The position numbers were made by a program, and so were the translations under genes. 64,000 bases of DNA from a virus, in IMG/VR virus record IMGVR_UViG_3300042291_000666, positions 54,326-118,325 of that record. One strand, written 5' to 3'. Positions 40,302 to 52,600 of this stretch are shown piece by piece. The notes under the pieces were generated by a model. It was given only the letters and a program-made list of their open reading frames with translations, was not told where the DNA came from and made no database searches. Each line of letters starts with the position of its first letter. Position 1 is the first letter of the stretch.

Positions 40302-43300
40302 ATGGCAACATACGTACCAGGAGTAGAAACATACTTACCAGACATTAAACCATTTACACCAGACTATAAATTTTTGTCTGCTGTACTTGATGTTAGAACA
40401 GATAAGTATAACACTAATTGGAAGGCAACTAATGACCTTTACAATAAGGTTGTTTATGCAGATTTGTCTAGAGCAGATACCAAAGAACAAAGAGATCAAT
40501 ATATAAATCAAATAGCTCCATCTTTAGAGAAGATCTCAGGGATGGATTTATCAATGGTACAAAATGCTGACTCTGCTAAAGCAGTATTTGCTCCATTCTT
40601 TGAAGATGATTTAATAGTAAGTGATATAATGCATACCACTAATTATAGAAAAGAAACAGATTATGCAAATAGACTTATTGATTCTCCAGATGCAGAACAA
40701 AGAAAGAAATATAATTCAGATGGAGTAAGATCATTACAATATCAAATGGAAGACTTTATTACTGCGTCTCCAGATAAAGCAATGAAGATGGGATTACCTC
40801 AATATGTTGAAGGTGCTGATTTAATGGGTATGGCTGAAAAGATGTTGGGAGAAATGAAACCACCATTAAAAATAAAAAGAGAAAGCCCACAAGGTGATTG
40901 GATTATTACTCAACAAAATGGTACTTTGGTAATTCCTGCTGCAACAGCATATCTTGAAAAAACTTTAATGAGTGATCCTAGAATTACAAGATTTTATCAA
41001 AACCAAGCTTTTGTAAGAAGTAGAGACCGTGCTGCAGAAGGAATGGCAACAGGTGAATTTGCAAGTGTAGAGCAAGGTCAAGGAGTTTGGGCTCAAGAAA
41101 CCATAGATAAAATAACTGCACAGAATGAATATTACAGAAAAGCAGAACTTTCTAAAGCAGCTGAAGGTAAAACTGTAGAGGAAAAATGGATTAACTATCA
41201 AAAAACTAATGGTATTGTTCCAGGTTCTGATGATGAAAAAGCAATGAATCAACAACTTTCTGCTTATGAAAGAACTAAAGCTGCTTTAGAAGCTAGAGAA
41301 AAGATCAAGGAATTATCTAATGAACCAGTTAAAGATTTCCAAACTACACTAAATAAAGCATACAATCTTTATTCACAAGCAACTATTGGAAGAGATATAA
41401 ATACAGCAGCAGCTGTTTATGCTAGTAGAGATTCTGAAATAACCATAAGAGAAAATGAATTTGTTAAACAAAAAAAACAATTTCAATATGATATGGCTAA
41501 GATTGAAGCACAAGGACAAAATGCAGAAGACTTAGCAAGACTGAAAGGTGCAATTGATTATGATTTAGCAAAAGCAAAAGGAGAAATTTTATATGGTGCA
41601 GATGGTAAACCTCTTAATCCTGTATTACAGGCAGCACAAGAGCAAGCTGCTCTACTAGGTGACATTACAACTACAGAATTTGCAGTTGATAAAGATGGAA
41701 AACCGGATGCAAATACAGAAATGTATAAAAAATTAGTTGATGATTATACTAAAGTAAGAACAGAAAATAGAGGTGAATCACTTGATGTTGCCACTAAGAT
41801 ATTATCATTCTTAAAACCTGCGGGTGATGTTGATGCTGATGGTAAACCAACACAAAAATATACAATCAAAGTTGGTGGTCAAAATTTTACAGGAAGTATA
41901 GATCAAATAAAAAGTAAACTTAGTGTAAAAGAAGGTGGTGTTTATAAATACAGAGATGATATAACAGCATTATATGATCAACAATCTGCAATATTAAATG
42001 ATCCAAAGCAGATGGCTAAATATCCAGGTAAAGCTAAACAACAAGCTTATAAGGATCTTTATCAACAAGTATATTCAGATGGAGGACTTAATTCAAAAAT
42101 TAAAGTTACTGATAACGCATTTAATGAAGTAAGTAAGATCTATAAAGAAACTCATGATAAAGCACTTGTAGCTTTAAGAAAATCAGATCCTAAACTTAAA
42201 GAATTAATGGATCAAGGTTTACCAGGATTATTTACAGATGGAGAAAGACCAAGAGAAATGAGTCCTGAAAGATACAAAGAAGTTGTTAAATCACTTGCTG
42301 AACAAGGTAAGATAAAAGGTATTGATAGAGTTCAAATGCGTAAGAAAGAGTACATGAATTACGTTGATACAAAATTTATGCAAAATGGAGTAGAAAGAAC
42401 TAATGTTGAAATTGTGTATTCAGATAAACCACTTCCAAATGCTAGAAAATATTATGAAGTAAATTCTGTAATGTATACAGATAAGACAGGAAGATTAATT
42501 AGAGCACAAGATAGAAATCAACTTGATCAAAAAACAGTTAGGCCAGCAACAGTGTTGTCTGATGCGGATATTGAAAAAAAGGCTGAACAAGCTTATAAAG
42601 CAATTAAGACATTTACTAATAGTGCTTTGACTTTACATCAAGGTGAGCAATATAGAACAGCAACTTTTAAAGGTTATATAAACGGAAAAGAAGGTGGTAG
42701 TGATATGTTTACAGATAATATTTACAAAGCTGCAGTAGATCCTTTAAGTGCTACACTAGAAGGTCAAACTATGTTAGCTCAAATGATGAGACAAAAAAGC
42801 ATGTTAGATGCAAAAGGTGGTGGATATAGTATGGTGCTTGGTAATTTAAAAGATGCAACAGATGAGGCATCTATAAAAGATAATGAGTTAGCACGTAGAG
42901 CTTATAATGCTTATATAGCAGATATGACTACTTGGTTAGGTAATCCTAAACGTAGTAATGATGCAGGTAGTGCTCCAAGAGGTAGCATTGCTTATAAGCC
43001 TACATTTGGTGCTGCAAGTGATGGTGAAAAAACAACTGCTGGATATACTATTGATGGATTTAATCAATGGTTAGCAAGTAAAGTTAAAGGTTCAGCAACA
43101 GAAGCTAGTGGAGCTGCCGGAGAATATGGTTTGTTTAAAAAAGAGGAAGTAGAACAATTACGTAATGGAATTAGTATGGTGTTTGATAAACAACAAGACA
43201 TAAGTCCAAGATCTAGTAATAGACAATACTACTCAAAAACATTAGCTGCTATTCAAGCTAGTCCAGAAAAATTTGTTGAGTATGATTATGCTGGTGTAGA

Positions 43301-43568
43301 TGGTTTAACACCAACTGCAACATATAGAGTTGTTAAAACAGGAACAGATGAGTATTATGCTACATATAAAGTTAATACTTATCAACCTAATGGTACATAT
43401 ACTCAAAGTGATTGGGAAACAATTCCAATTAATGTATCTGGTTTTGACGCTGCTAGAGAAATAGATTTACAACTACAAGATATAAAAAGTGTTCTTGAAC
43501 AAGTAAGATTGAAAAATCTACAAGATTATGATAAAAATTCCGCTAGTAAAGGAAAAGGTAAAAATTAA
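40302..43568 (+). CDS. Cargo (ejection) protein
   Basis: 1088 aa helical protein with N-terminal IKPFTPDYKFL. Directly upstream of the virion RNAP, as for crAss-like cargo genes. Confidence 0.6.
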   Translation: MATYVPGVETYLPDIKPFTPDYKFLSAVLDVRTDKYNTNWKATNDLYNKVVYADLSRADTKEQRDQYINQIAPSLEKISGMDLSMVQNADSAKAVFAPFFEDDLIVSDIMHTTNYRKETDYANRLIDSPDAEQRKKYNSDGVRSLQYQMEDFITASPDKAMKMGLPQYVEGADLMGMAEKMLGEMKPPLKIKRESPQGDWIITQQNGTLVIPAATAYLEKTLMSDPRITRFYQNQAFVRSRDRAAEGMATGEFASVEQGQGVWAQETIDKITAQNEYYRKAELSKAAEGKTVEEKWINYQKTNGIVPGSDDEKAMNQQLSAYERTKAALEAREKIKELSNEPVKDFQTTLNKAYNLYSQATIGRDINTAAAVYASRDSEITIRENEFVKQKKQFQYDMAKIEAQGQNAEDLARLKGAIDYDLAKAKGEILYGADGKPLNPVLQAAQEQAALLGDITTTEFAVDKDGKPDANTEMYKKLVDDYTKVRTENRGESLDVATKILSFLKPAGDVDADGKPTQKYTIKVGGQNFTGSIDQIKSKLSVKEGGVYKYRDDITALYDQQSAILNDPKQMAKYPGKAKQQAYKDLYQQVYSDGGLNSKIKVTDNAFNEVSKIYKETHDKALVALRKSDPKLKELMDQGLPGLFTDGERPREMSPERYKEVVKSLAEQGKIKGIDRVQMRKKEYMNYVDTKFMQNGVERTNVEIVYSDKPLPNARKYYEVNSVMYTDKTGRLIRAQDRNQLDQKTVRPATVLSDADIEKKAEQAYKAIKTFTNSALTLHQGEQYRTATFKGYINGKEGGSDMFTDNIYKAAVDPLSATLEGQTMLAQMMRQKSMLDAKGGGYSMVLGNLKDATDEASIKDNELARRAYNAYIADMTTWLGNPKRSNDAGSAPRGSIAYKPTFGAASDGEKTTAGYTIDGFNQWLASKVKGSATEASGAAGEYGLFKKEEVEQLRNGISMVFDKQQDISPRSSNRQYYSKTLAAIQASPEKFVEYDYAGVDGLTPTATYRVVKTGTDEYYATYKVNTYQPNGTYTQSDWETIPINVSGFDAAREIDLQLQDIKSVLEQVRLKNLQDYDKNSASKGKGKN

Positions 43569-43607
43569 AATCATTACATTTACAACAAATAATATATCCA
43601 ATATTGC

Positions 43608-46600
43608 ATGGAAAATCAAGTTCAAAATAACAGTTTAGATCAAACAATTATAAACAATCAAGTTTCAGAAGATGTTATCCCAAAAGATAATTCATTTGAA
43701 TCTGTAAAAGAAATGTTCAATACTCCAGTAAATGATATTCTCATGAGCAAAATGGATGTTGCTGCATTTGAACAACTTGATTTATTGAAACCAATGATTG
43801 ATGCTACTGGTATGAGATCAAATGGAAATGGTGCTGCAAGAAGACCTACATTAGCTACTAATACATTTGACCCTGTTCTTCAACAAAATCCACCTAATAT
43901 AAATGAACCAGGTGGGATTCAAAGAATGATGGAACAAAAAGTAAAAACTGGTTTCCAACAACGTCAAGCTAATAGAGCTCCTGGAACTGGTATTGCATCT
44001 CCTACTTTTTCAAGTATGCAACAAACTAACTTTAAACGTTATTATGAGCATCCTGAATTTCAAACTTTAGGATGGAAACCATATGCAGATAATGAAGCTT
44101 ACTATAACGCTAACTCAACCATCTATGATGATATGAGTAGAATGTGGGGTCAGTTTGGAAGTTTAGTTGGAACTGGATTTATGAGTGGTTATAGAGCAAT
44201 TGGTGACATGGTTACTGGAGGATCTAATGTTGTTGATTTAAAATCTGCAAATGAATTTGAAGAAGCAATGGCTATTGGTAGTTCAAGTAGAGAAGGCGGT
44301 ATGGCTTGGACTAATAATCTTTTATTAAATTCTGGATATACAGTTGGTATTATTAGTTCTATTGCTTTAGAAGAAGTTGCATTAGCTGCTTTAGAAGTAG
44401 GAACATTTGGTGGAGCTACACCACTTGTAGCTGGAAGAACAACTCTTAATGCAGCAAGACTTGCTGAAGCTGTGGGTAGAGCAACTACTGTTGGAAGAAT
44501 GGCTAGTTCTGGAAGAACAATGATGAATACTTTAAAAGGTATTGATACAGCAAAAGATTTTTGGCAAGCTAGTAAACTTGGAGGTAAAGCTGTTGCTTCA
44601 ATATTTGCTCCAGGAACTATAGCTGCTGTTAATAGATTACATACTACAGAAGTAGTAGCTCAAAATCTAAACAATTTAGCTAAAGCTTCTGAATATGCAG
44701 GAGCATTTTATAGAGATGTTAGAGCTTTAAATTTAGCATTATCAGAAAGTAAACTTGAAGCTGGTATGGTCTTTAATCAAATGATGAAAGATGGTATGAA
44801 TATTAAGTATGCTGAAAATAATGGTGGTTCAGTTACATCAGAACAAATGTCTGATATTGCAAACAATGCACATAAAGCAGCATTTGCAACTGAGATGTGG
44901 AATATGCCTGCTATATTTTTAACAAACAAATTAGTTTTAGGTAATTCATTAGGTGGATTTAATAAATCATTGGGTAGAATATTCAATGAACAAGCATCTG
45001 GTGTTGGAAATAGAATTATTAAAACTGCACAAACTGTTGGTAAAGATGGTATAAAAGCATTATCTCCATTTAAAGATGCTGGTACAGGACTTAAAGGATT
45101 GGCTACAACAATTGCTAATGCAGGAGTAAAAGGTAATATAACAAAATTAGGTCAGGGTTCATTAAGATATTTTGCAGCTAACTTAGGTGAAGGTATACAA
45201 GAACTTTCTCAAGAAGCTATTTCTGTAGGTACTAAGAATTATTATACATCTGTATTAAAAGATCCAATGAATGGGGGTCCTGAATTATATAAAGCATCTG
45301 TCAATGCTGGATTAGGTTCACAACTTTCTGCTCAAGGTTTTGATACATTTATGTCAGGATTTTTAATGGGTGGTGTAGTATCTGGACCACAAAAGTTATT
45401 TTTCCAAGGTGTACCTGCTTTATATCAAAGAGTTTCTAATCCAGAAAAATTTGCTCAGTATAAACAAGATAGAACTGATTATATAAAAAAAGTAGTTGAT
45501 ACATATAATGCAGTTTGGAATGCGCAAGCAGAAGATCCAAATTCAATTTTTGATGCAAAAAGATTTAACTTTTTACAACAAAAAGCAGCAGCAGAATATA
45601 AAACATTATCTGCTTTTGCTATGGATAGATTTTATTTTACTGATGAAACTGACTTTGCTAAATTTAACCAAATACATACTGTATTAAGTACAGGTGGTGC
45701 TGCTTTATTTCAAGATCAATTAGCTGATTATATGAAAATGTCTGACCAAGATTTAGCTGAAGCTTTTCCTTCAAGTAAAGCAGATGTTAAAAATGGAAAG
45801 ATAAGAGAGCGTCTTCAAAGCATGATTAATCAAATTGATAGCACTGAAGAAATATATCAAAAATCAAAAGATAGAAATCCAAATCCATTTACACCTGATT
45901 CATATGAAAAAGGTTCAAGAGAATGGCAACAAGAATCAATAAAGAAAATTGCATTTGAACATGCAAGATATCTTTATATGTTTACTCAAGATGGATTTAC
46001 TAGAGCATTAGAAAGATCAAATAGTATATTTCAAAATTTAGCCACTGAACCATTGTTTGATAAAATGGCAGCTAATGATTTAACTGTATTGTTAGATGAA
46101 AGATCTATTGATAATGAGATACAAATGTTAATGCAAGAAGCTGACATTTTATCTCAAGATAAAGCTAATGATAGTAAAGTAAAAGATAAAACTGAAAAAG
46201 TTAAAAGATTATTATCATTTAAAATTGTATTATCAGAAAATCAAAATAAAGATGGTTCTTTTGATAAAAGAAAAATCAATTTACTTAGAAAAGAATTTGA
46301 AAGCTATGTTAAACATATGGCTGAAGCATCAGGTACATTTGTAAATAAAGATGCTGTTGATGATGCTTTAAAACAAATTATAGATTATACTGCATTAAAA
46401 GGTAGAGCTAAAATGTATGATAAGGCAATTGAATATTTAAATAACCCTGAAAAGTTTAATGAAGTATTTGAAAGAAGTGCTGAAGTAATACAAGATGAAT
46501 TTAAAAATAGAAAGAAAAGATTTGAAGAGCAGGTCCTTGCTTATACTGATGTAATAGAAAGAAATGAGTTAGCTAATCAAATTGCAAAAGCCGGATTTAT

Positions 46601-49600
46601 TCCTGCTAATGATGAAATGAAAATGTTTTTAGAAACTGGGGATACTAAATATCTTAAAACATTTTATAATCAAAAAGGTGAAGTATTAGATTCACGTGAT
46701 AAATTAGACTTAGAAGAAATTCAAGCATTGCTAAATACTTATGAGCAAACTAGACCTGATAAAAAAGTTGAGGAAGATGTTAAGGATGAAGAAGAAATTG
46801 CTGAAGAAGGTAGAGCTGATATAGATGATATATTAGTAACTGCCGGAGTAACTACTGAAGTATCAGTTAAAAACTCAAGTCTTTTAGATAATGCTATTAA
46901 AAAAGCATATGATAAATATTCAGCTATGGAAACAAGAGCTGGAAAGAAACCTATGTCTTTAGAAAATTGGATTACGGGTGATGGTGGTAAAAATCTTAGA
47001 GCTACATTTATTGCAGTTAAAAGAATCTGGGTAGAAAATGATTTGCTTATAAACCCAAATAACCCACTTACAGAACAAGAAATTGAAAATGAAACTAAGT
47101 TTTTACCTTGGTTACAAAGTCAAGAAGGTAAAACAAATGATTTAGTTCAAGCTGTAGTTAATGCTGTTGGATTAACTATTGAAGATATTACAGGTCAAGT
47201 TGAATTGTTACCTGCACAAGGTGAAAATATTGAGGGAAATGAAAATGCTACCGTTGTTGAAAAAGGAGAGGTCATTTCATTAATTGAATTAAATACAGTT
47301 GATCCAGACGGAAATACTTTTAAATCATATCAATTAGTTGATCAATATAAACAACCATTAGATGAAGAAACATTAACTAGATATGATATTCCTACATTAG
47401 GAATATATGATGAAGCCAGTAAAGCTGAAGGTATTAAAATGCAAAAAGCATTAAATGATTTAATTCCTGATAGTACTAAATTTACTTTTGCTGGTGCAAC
47501 TTTAAATTATGGACAACTTATTTATGATAAGACAGGTCTAGAATTTATTATATTAAGTGACCCTAAACAAATTAAAAAAGATGGTAAATTATTAATAATT
47601 CCATCTAATGAAATTAGTCCAATAATTAAAGAAACTGAAAGATCTACTCAACCTATTACAGCTAAAGAGTTTACTAATTCTTTTAGTGTTCAGGATTTAA
47701 ATGTTAAACTATTACCTAGCAATGTAGCTAGACTAAATATCAATGAACCTATTCAACCATATCCTTATAGAAATAAAGATGCTGGAACTGATGATTGGTC
47801 AGAAACTAATGAACAAGCAATAGCAAGATATAATTTAATTATGTCAGTGTTAACGCCAGAAGAAGTAAGCGGTTTAGAATTAGTTGTTTCTGCAGATCCA
47901 GAAGGTGGAACAGAAGGCCCTCTTCTATTTATTCCGGGTAGTAAAGAAGCAAATCCTTATATACAAACAGTAAGAGCAAAGTATTCTGTAGGAATAAGAA
48001 TTGCTAATCCTGCGGTTCAAGCTAAAGTTGATGCTATTGTAGAAAAAATGGGATTAACTAAAAGTACTTCTACAAATGGTGTTTTTGCATTTATGCAAAA
48101 CAATAACTTTGTAATTACAAATTCTCAAGGTACTGTTATTGATCCAGTCAATATGACAATGGATGAATATAAAAATATAATTTACATTCCAGAAGGAATG
48201 GTTAAAAATCCTGAAACAGATTTAAAGCGTGCTCAAGATAACTTTGCTTTAAATAATGTATTGAGTGCAGCATTACCTGGTTTAGTAGCTAAGTATCCAA
48301 ATGGTATTATACCAATGAGTGAATTACCTAATGGTTTATCTTTTGTATATAAAGAAGCTGTAATGATGTATGACAAATCACCAAAGTCATTGACTGATTT
48401 ACAATTTAATGCTGCTGATATAAACGGTAACTATTTAATTTATCAATCAGAAATAGTTAGAGATGAAGACGGTAAGCCTGTCAAACCTTTTCAAAGAACT
48501 AAAATAGCTATATCAAACCTTGAAGGTCAAGCAAGAAGACAACTTATAAATGAGGTTGAAGCAAACTTAAGTGAAGAAGATTTAGCCAAACTTGTTAGTG
48601 GCCAAGATGCATATAATGCAATTGTATTAATGCCTGATGGCAAATATAAAGTGGTTAACTTAAAAGCTAAATCTATTGATAAAGCAAGTTTGATAGAAAA
48701 GTTTACAGCAATAATTAATAAAGCTCAATTAACATTAACTGAAAATCCAGAAAAATCTGATTCTTTCAATAAGAATGCTAATTCTGATTACAATCAAAAC
48801 TTAGCTAATGAGATATTTGTTAGTACAAAAAATGGTTATAAAATTTCTCTTCAAGTTAGTCCTTGGGGTAAAATAGAATTAGATTTATATGATACTGTTA
48901 ACAAGAAAAAATTAGGTGTTGTTAGATTAAAACCAACTGCAAAGGCATCTGTTGATGAGCAACTTAAAACTTTGTTAGATGATTTTAATGCATTGCCTGG
49001 AGTTATAGATGCAGGAATAAAGATTACTCCTGAAAACTTTAGAGAAAGTTTTCCAAGAGATATATCTGCTAAAGACTTAATTGAAAAAACAACAACTGAG
49101 GTTGCACCTAAAGTTGCATCTAATAGTAAAATTGAATTGTCTGGAGATTCTTCTGCTATTCAAACTGCTGTAAATATACCTATATCAACACAAGGTACAT
49201 TTACACCAACAGAAACATTTACAGATGCCCAAGGAAATTCTATTCCTAAAGGTCCTGAATTGACAACAGCTGCAACACCTGAAGAGGTAGCGGATAATGT
49301 TAATGCAGATAATATTAATCCTGAAGACATTAATATAGATGAGATTAATTTATTAAGAAATGCTGTTAGGTTAAGTAATTTAGAAGATGTTAAACAACAA
49401 TTAGAAACTCTTAAAGCAAAACTTACGGAAGGATTAGTTGGAGCAGCTAAAATTAAAGCTGTTAAAGAAAGCAAAGAATACGCAGATCTTTTGGCTAAAA
49501 GAAAGAAATTAGAAAGTGAAGCTAACAAAGTAGTTTCTGTTCAAGATGCTATTGTTGATGCTGAAGATATTGATGTATTTACAGAATGGGCAGCTGCAAG

Positions 49601-52600
49601 TCTTCCAGAGTTTATATCAATAGAAGATATTGAGACTTTAGGTAATAACCTTAAAGCTGGAGGAGTGCGCGTTGGTGCATTTGTATTAGGTCTTAATAAT
49701 ATAGGTGGAGGATTAACTGTTAATGGAACATTATTTACAGGAGCCAAATCTCCATTTAAATATCATGAAGCATTTCACGGTGTATTTAGAATGTTATTAA
49801 CTGATGCAGAAATTAAAAAATATTTAGCTATTGCTAGAAAAGAAGTAAGAGCTAAGTTAAGAGCAGAAGGTAAAAGCTTTGAAGCTGAATTACAAAGATT
49901 CAAAAACTCAGCTGATACTTATTCTAACATGAGCCGTGAAAGATTAGAACAAGAATACTATGAAGAATATTTAGCTGATGAATTTGAGAAATTTAAAGCA
50001 AACGCAAAGTCAACTCAAACAGATTCTTCTGTTAAGTCTTTATTCACTAGAATTATGGAGTGGATTAAATCTGTATTCAACTCCTTTACTAAGAATCAAT
50101 TACTTACTTTATATGAAAACATTGATGCAGGTAAGTTTAAAACAGCGTCAATAACTTCAAATCAGTTTGTCAATAGTTTGATGACAGGTATATCATTAGA
50201 AGCTAATGCATTAATACCATATGATACTGAACAAAATGCCAACAACAAAGTTGGATACTATTTCTTAGATAGTGTTATTGCTGAACCTTTGGTTTCAGGA
50301 ATAGCTGCTATGTATATACAAGAAATTGCAAAAGTAAAAGATCCTAATGTAAAACGTGGAGATATACTTGATAATGTTATAAATGATTTTGCTGCTTTAT
50401 ATGATGAAGAAAGTGAGTCAAATCAAAATCTTTCAGATGACCAGAAAAAATTCTTACCTCAAATAAGTGAGGTGTTCTATAATTTTTCTGATGAGTTAAA
50501 AGCTGAAGTATTTAAAGTATTGAATATTATAACTAAACAAACTCAAGAAGAAGAATACAATAATGAATACTTTGAAGAGCAGGTAGGTTTAAGAAACACA
50601 GAACAATACAACATGGATGCGTCTATGATTGGTGGTTTTGGATCTTTATCTGAAGGTCTAAGAAGTTATTTAGCTACAACAACAATAGCAGAAACTGATT
50701 ACTTTGGTAACAAAGAATTAAAGCCTGGAGTAAAATTAATTGTTCCTATAAACTTTGTATCTGCTTATAATGGATTATTAAAAGCTGTTAAGAATATTGA
50801 AGATCCTAAAAAGATGTTACAGAACATGTACTTCTTTGGATTAGATAATCCACAGACTGGTGCAGTTGTAACAAGATTATTACAAGATTTTGGTTTATCT
50901 GTAGAAACATTATTAGAGCCAGGTCCATTACCTACTAAGATTAAAAATGCTGCTTTATTCCAATCTGTTGTAAAAGGATTTACAACATTTAGAGTTGATT
51001 ACTTATTTGTACAAAGAGATGATGCTGGTGCAGTATTGATTTATTCAGCTGCTGAAAGAGATGATATTAATTCACAATTAGAATCATGGTCTCAAGCTTG
51101 GGGACAAGCTGAAAAGAAAATTAAAGCAGATCCAAAAGTTAGAAAAGAAACTCTTGATACATTAGAAGATTTTGCAAGTTATTTGCAACCTAGTGATAAA
51201 ATAATTTCTGATGCTGAATTGACAGAATTATCTTCTCAATATTCCCAAGATATCTTTAGACTTACAGGTATTAAACTAAGTAAACAATTTATTGTATTTA
51301 GTATTGCATCATCAAGAAATAACCCTACACCAATGCAGGCAGCATTAATAAATGCTTATTCTGAACAAACTCCTGTGAATTATAATGATATGCTTGAAAT
51401 AAATAAATTAATTCAAGATGGTAGTGATTTATTTAGTGAAGGAAAAAAAGGTGCTGAGTCTAGAATTAAAAAATTAGCAATTCAAAATGCTGCTTTTGAT
51501 GAAACAATTGGAGCATCTGTATTTAAAAACCCTGAAGGTAACTTAGTATATGCACATCAATTACCTACATTCCATTTAAAAAGAATACAAGAGTTAAATG
51601 ATGTAGCTGAATTAGAACGTCTTAAAGAATCTGATCCATACTTAGCAAATAACTTCCTTTTAAATAGTGAAGCTTTTTTACAAATGTCTGCAGAAAACAG
51701 ACAAAAAGTTTTAAGAATAGCTGGAAGTAGTGTTGGTAAAATAAACAATACAGAAGAAGAACTCAATGATAAAATTTCTGGAGTATCTAATAAATCAACT
51801 TATGGTAACTATACACCACAAGAATTTACATTAAGCATACTTAATACATATACAGCATTATTAAATACTAAAAGTAACAAGGTTGAATATGTAGAATATT
51901 TTGATAATAAACTTAATAAAAATGTTAGGTCTGCATTAGCACCAGTATTACTTAGAGTGTTAGAAGCATCTAACACAGGTGATTTGATGTATCTACCTGT
52001 AATTAAAGCTGTTAAGTTTGAAAAAGCAGGTGGTGGTAAAGTTGTTTTAACTGATGAAACTGTAAACATTTTTGTTGATAATATCAAGAATGAATATAAT
52101 AGAATTACAAGAGAATCAAATCCTGAGACTAGAACTGAAGAAACTCAACTTGGATACAATACTGAAAATGGTAGAGCATTTAAGTTGACAAACACAGGTT
52201 TATTTGTTACTCCTGATTTAAAAGCTTCATTGGAAACTATTGCTACCCGTGAAAATGCTCCTTCATTTGAAGAAGCTTTAAAAGAATTAAACATTACTGA
52301 TAACAAATTTAGATCTATAGTAAATCAACAATTAGAAAATCAATATGATAAATTTTCTAAAGGTTTAAATGATTTACAAATAGAAGATCAATTAAGTAAA
52401 AGTATAACAGAAGGATTAGCTGTTGATAAAAAGGGAGATAAAAATCTTATTGATTCAGCTGAACTACTTAATCTTACTTATGATAAAGAATATAACTTAA
52501 AACAAATATTTTTTAATGACTGGGTTAATACACTCTCTATAAATGAAGTTCTTTTAGGTGACCAGGCTGTAACATTAAAAGATGGAGTTGATGCCGTTAA

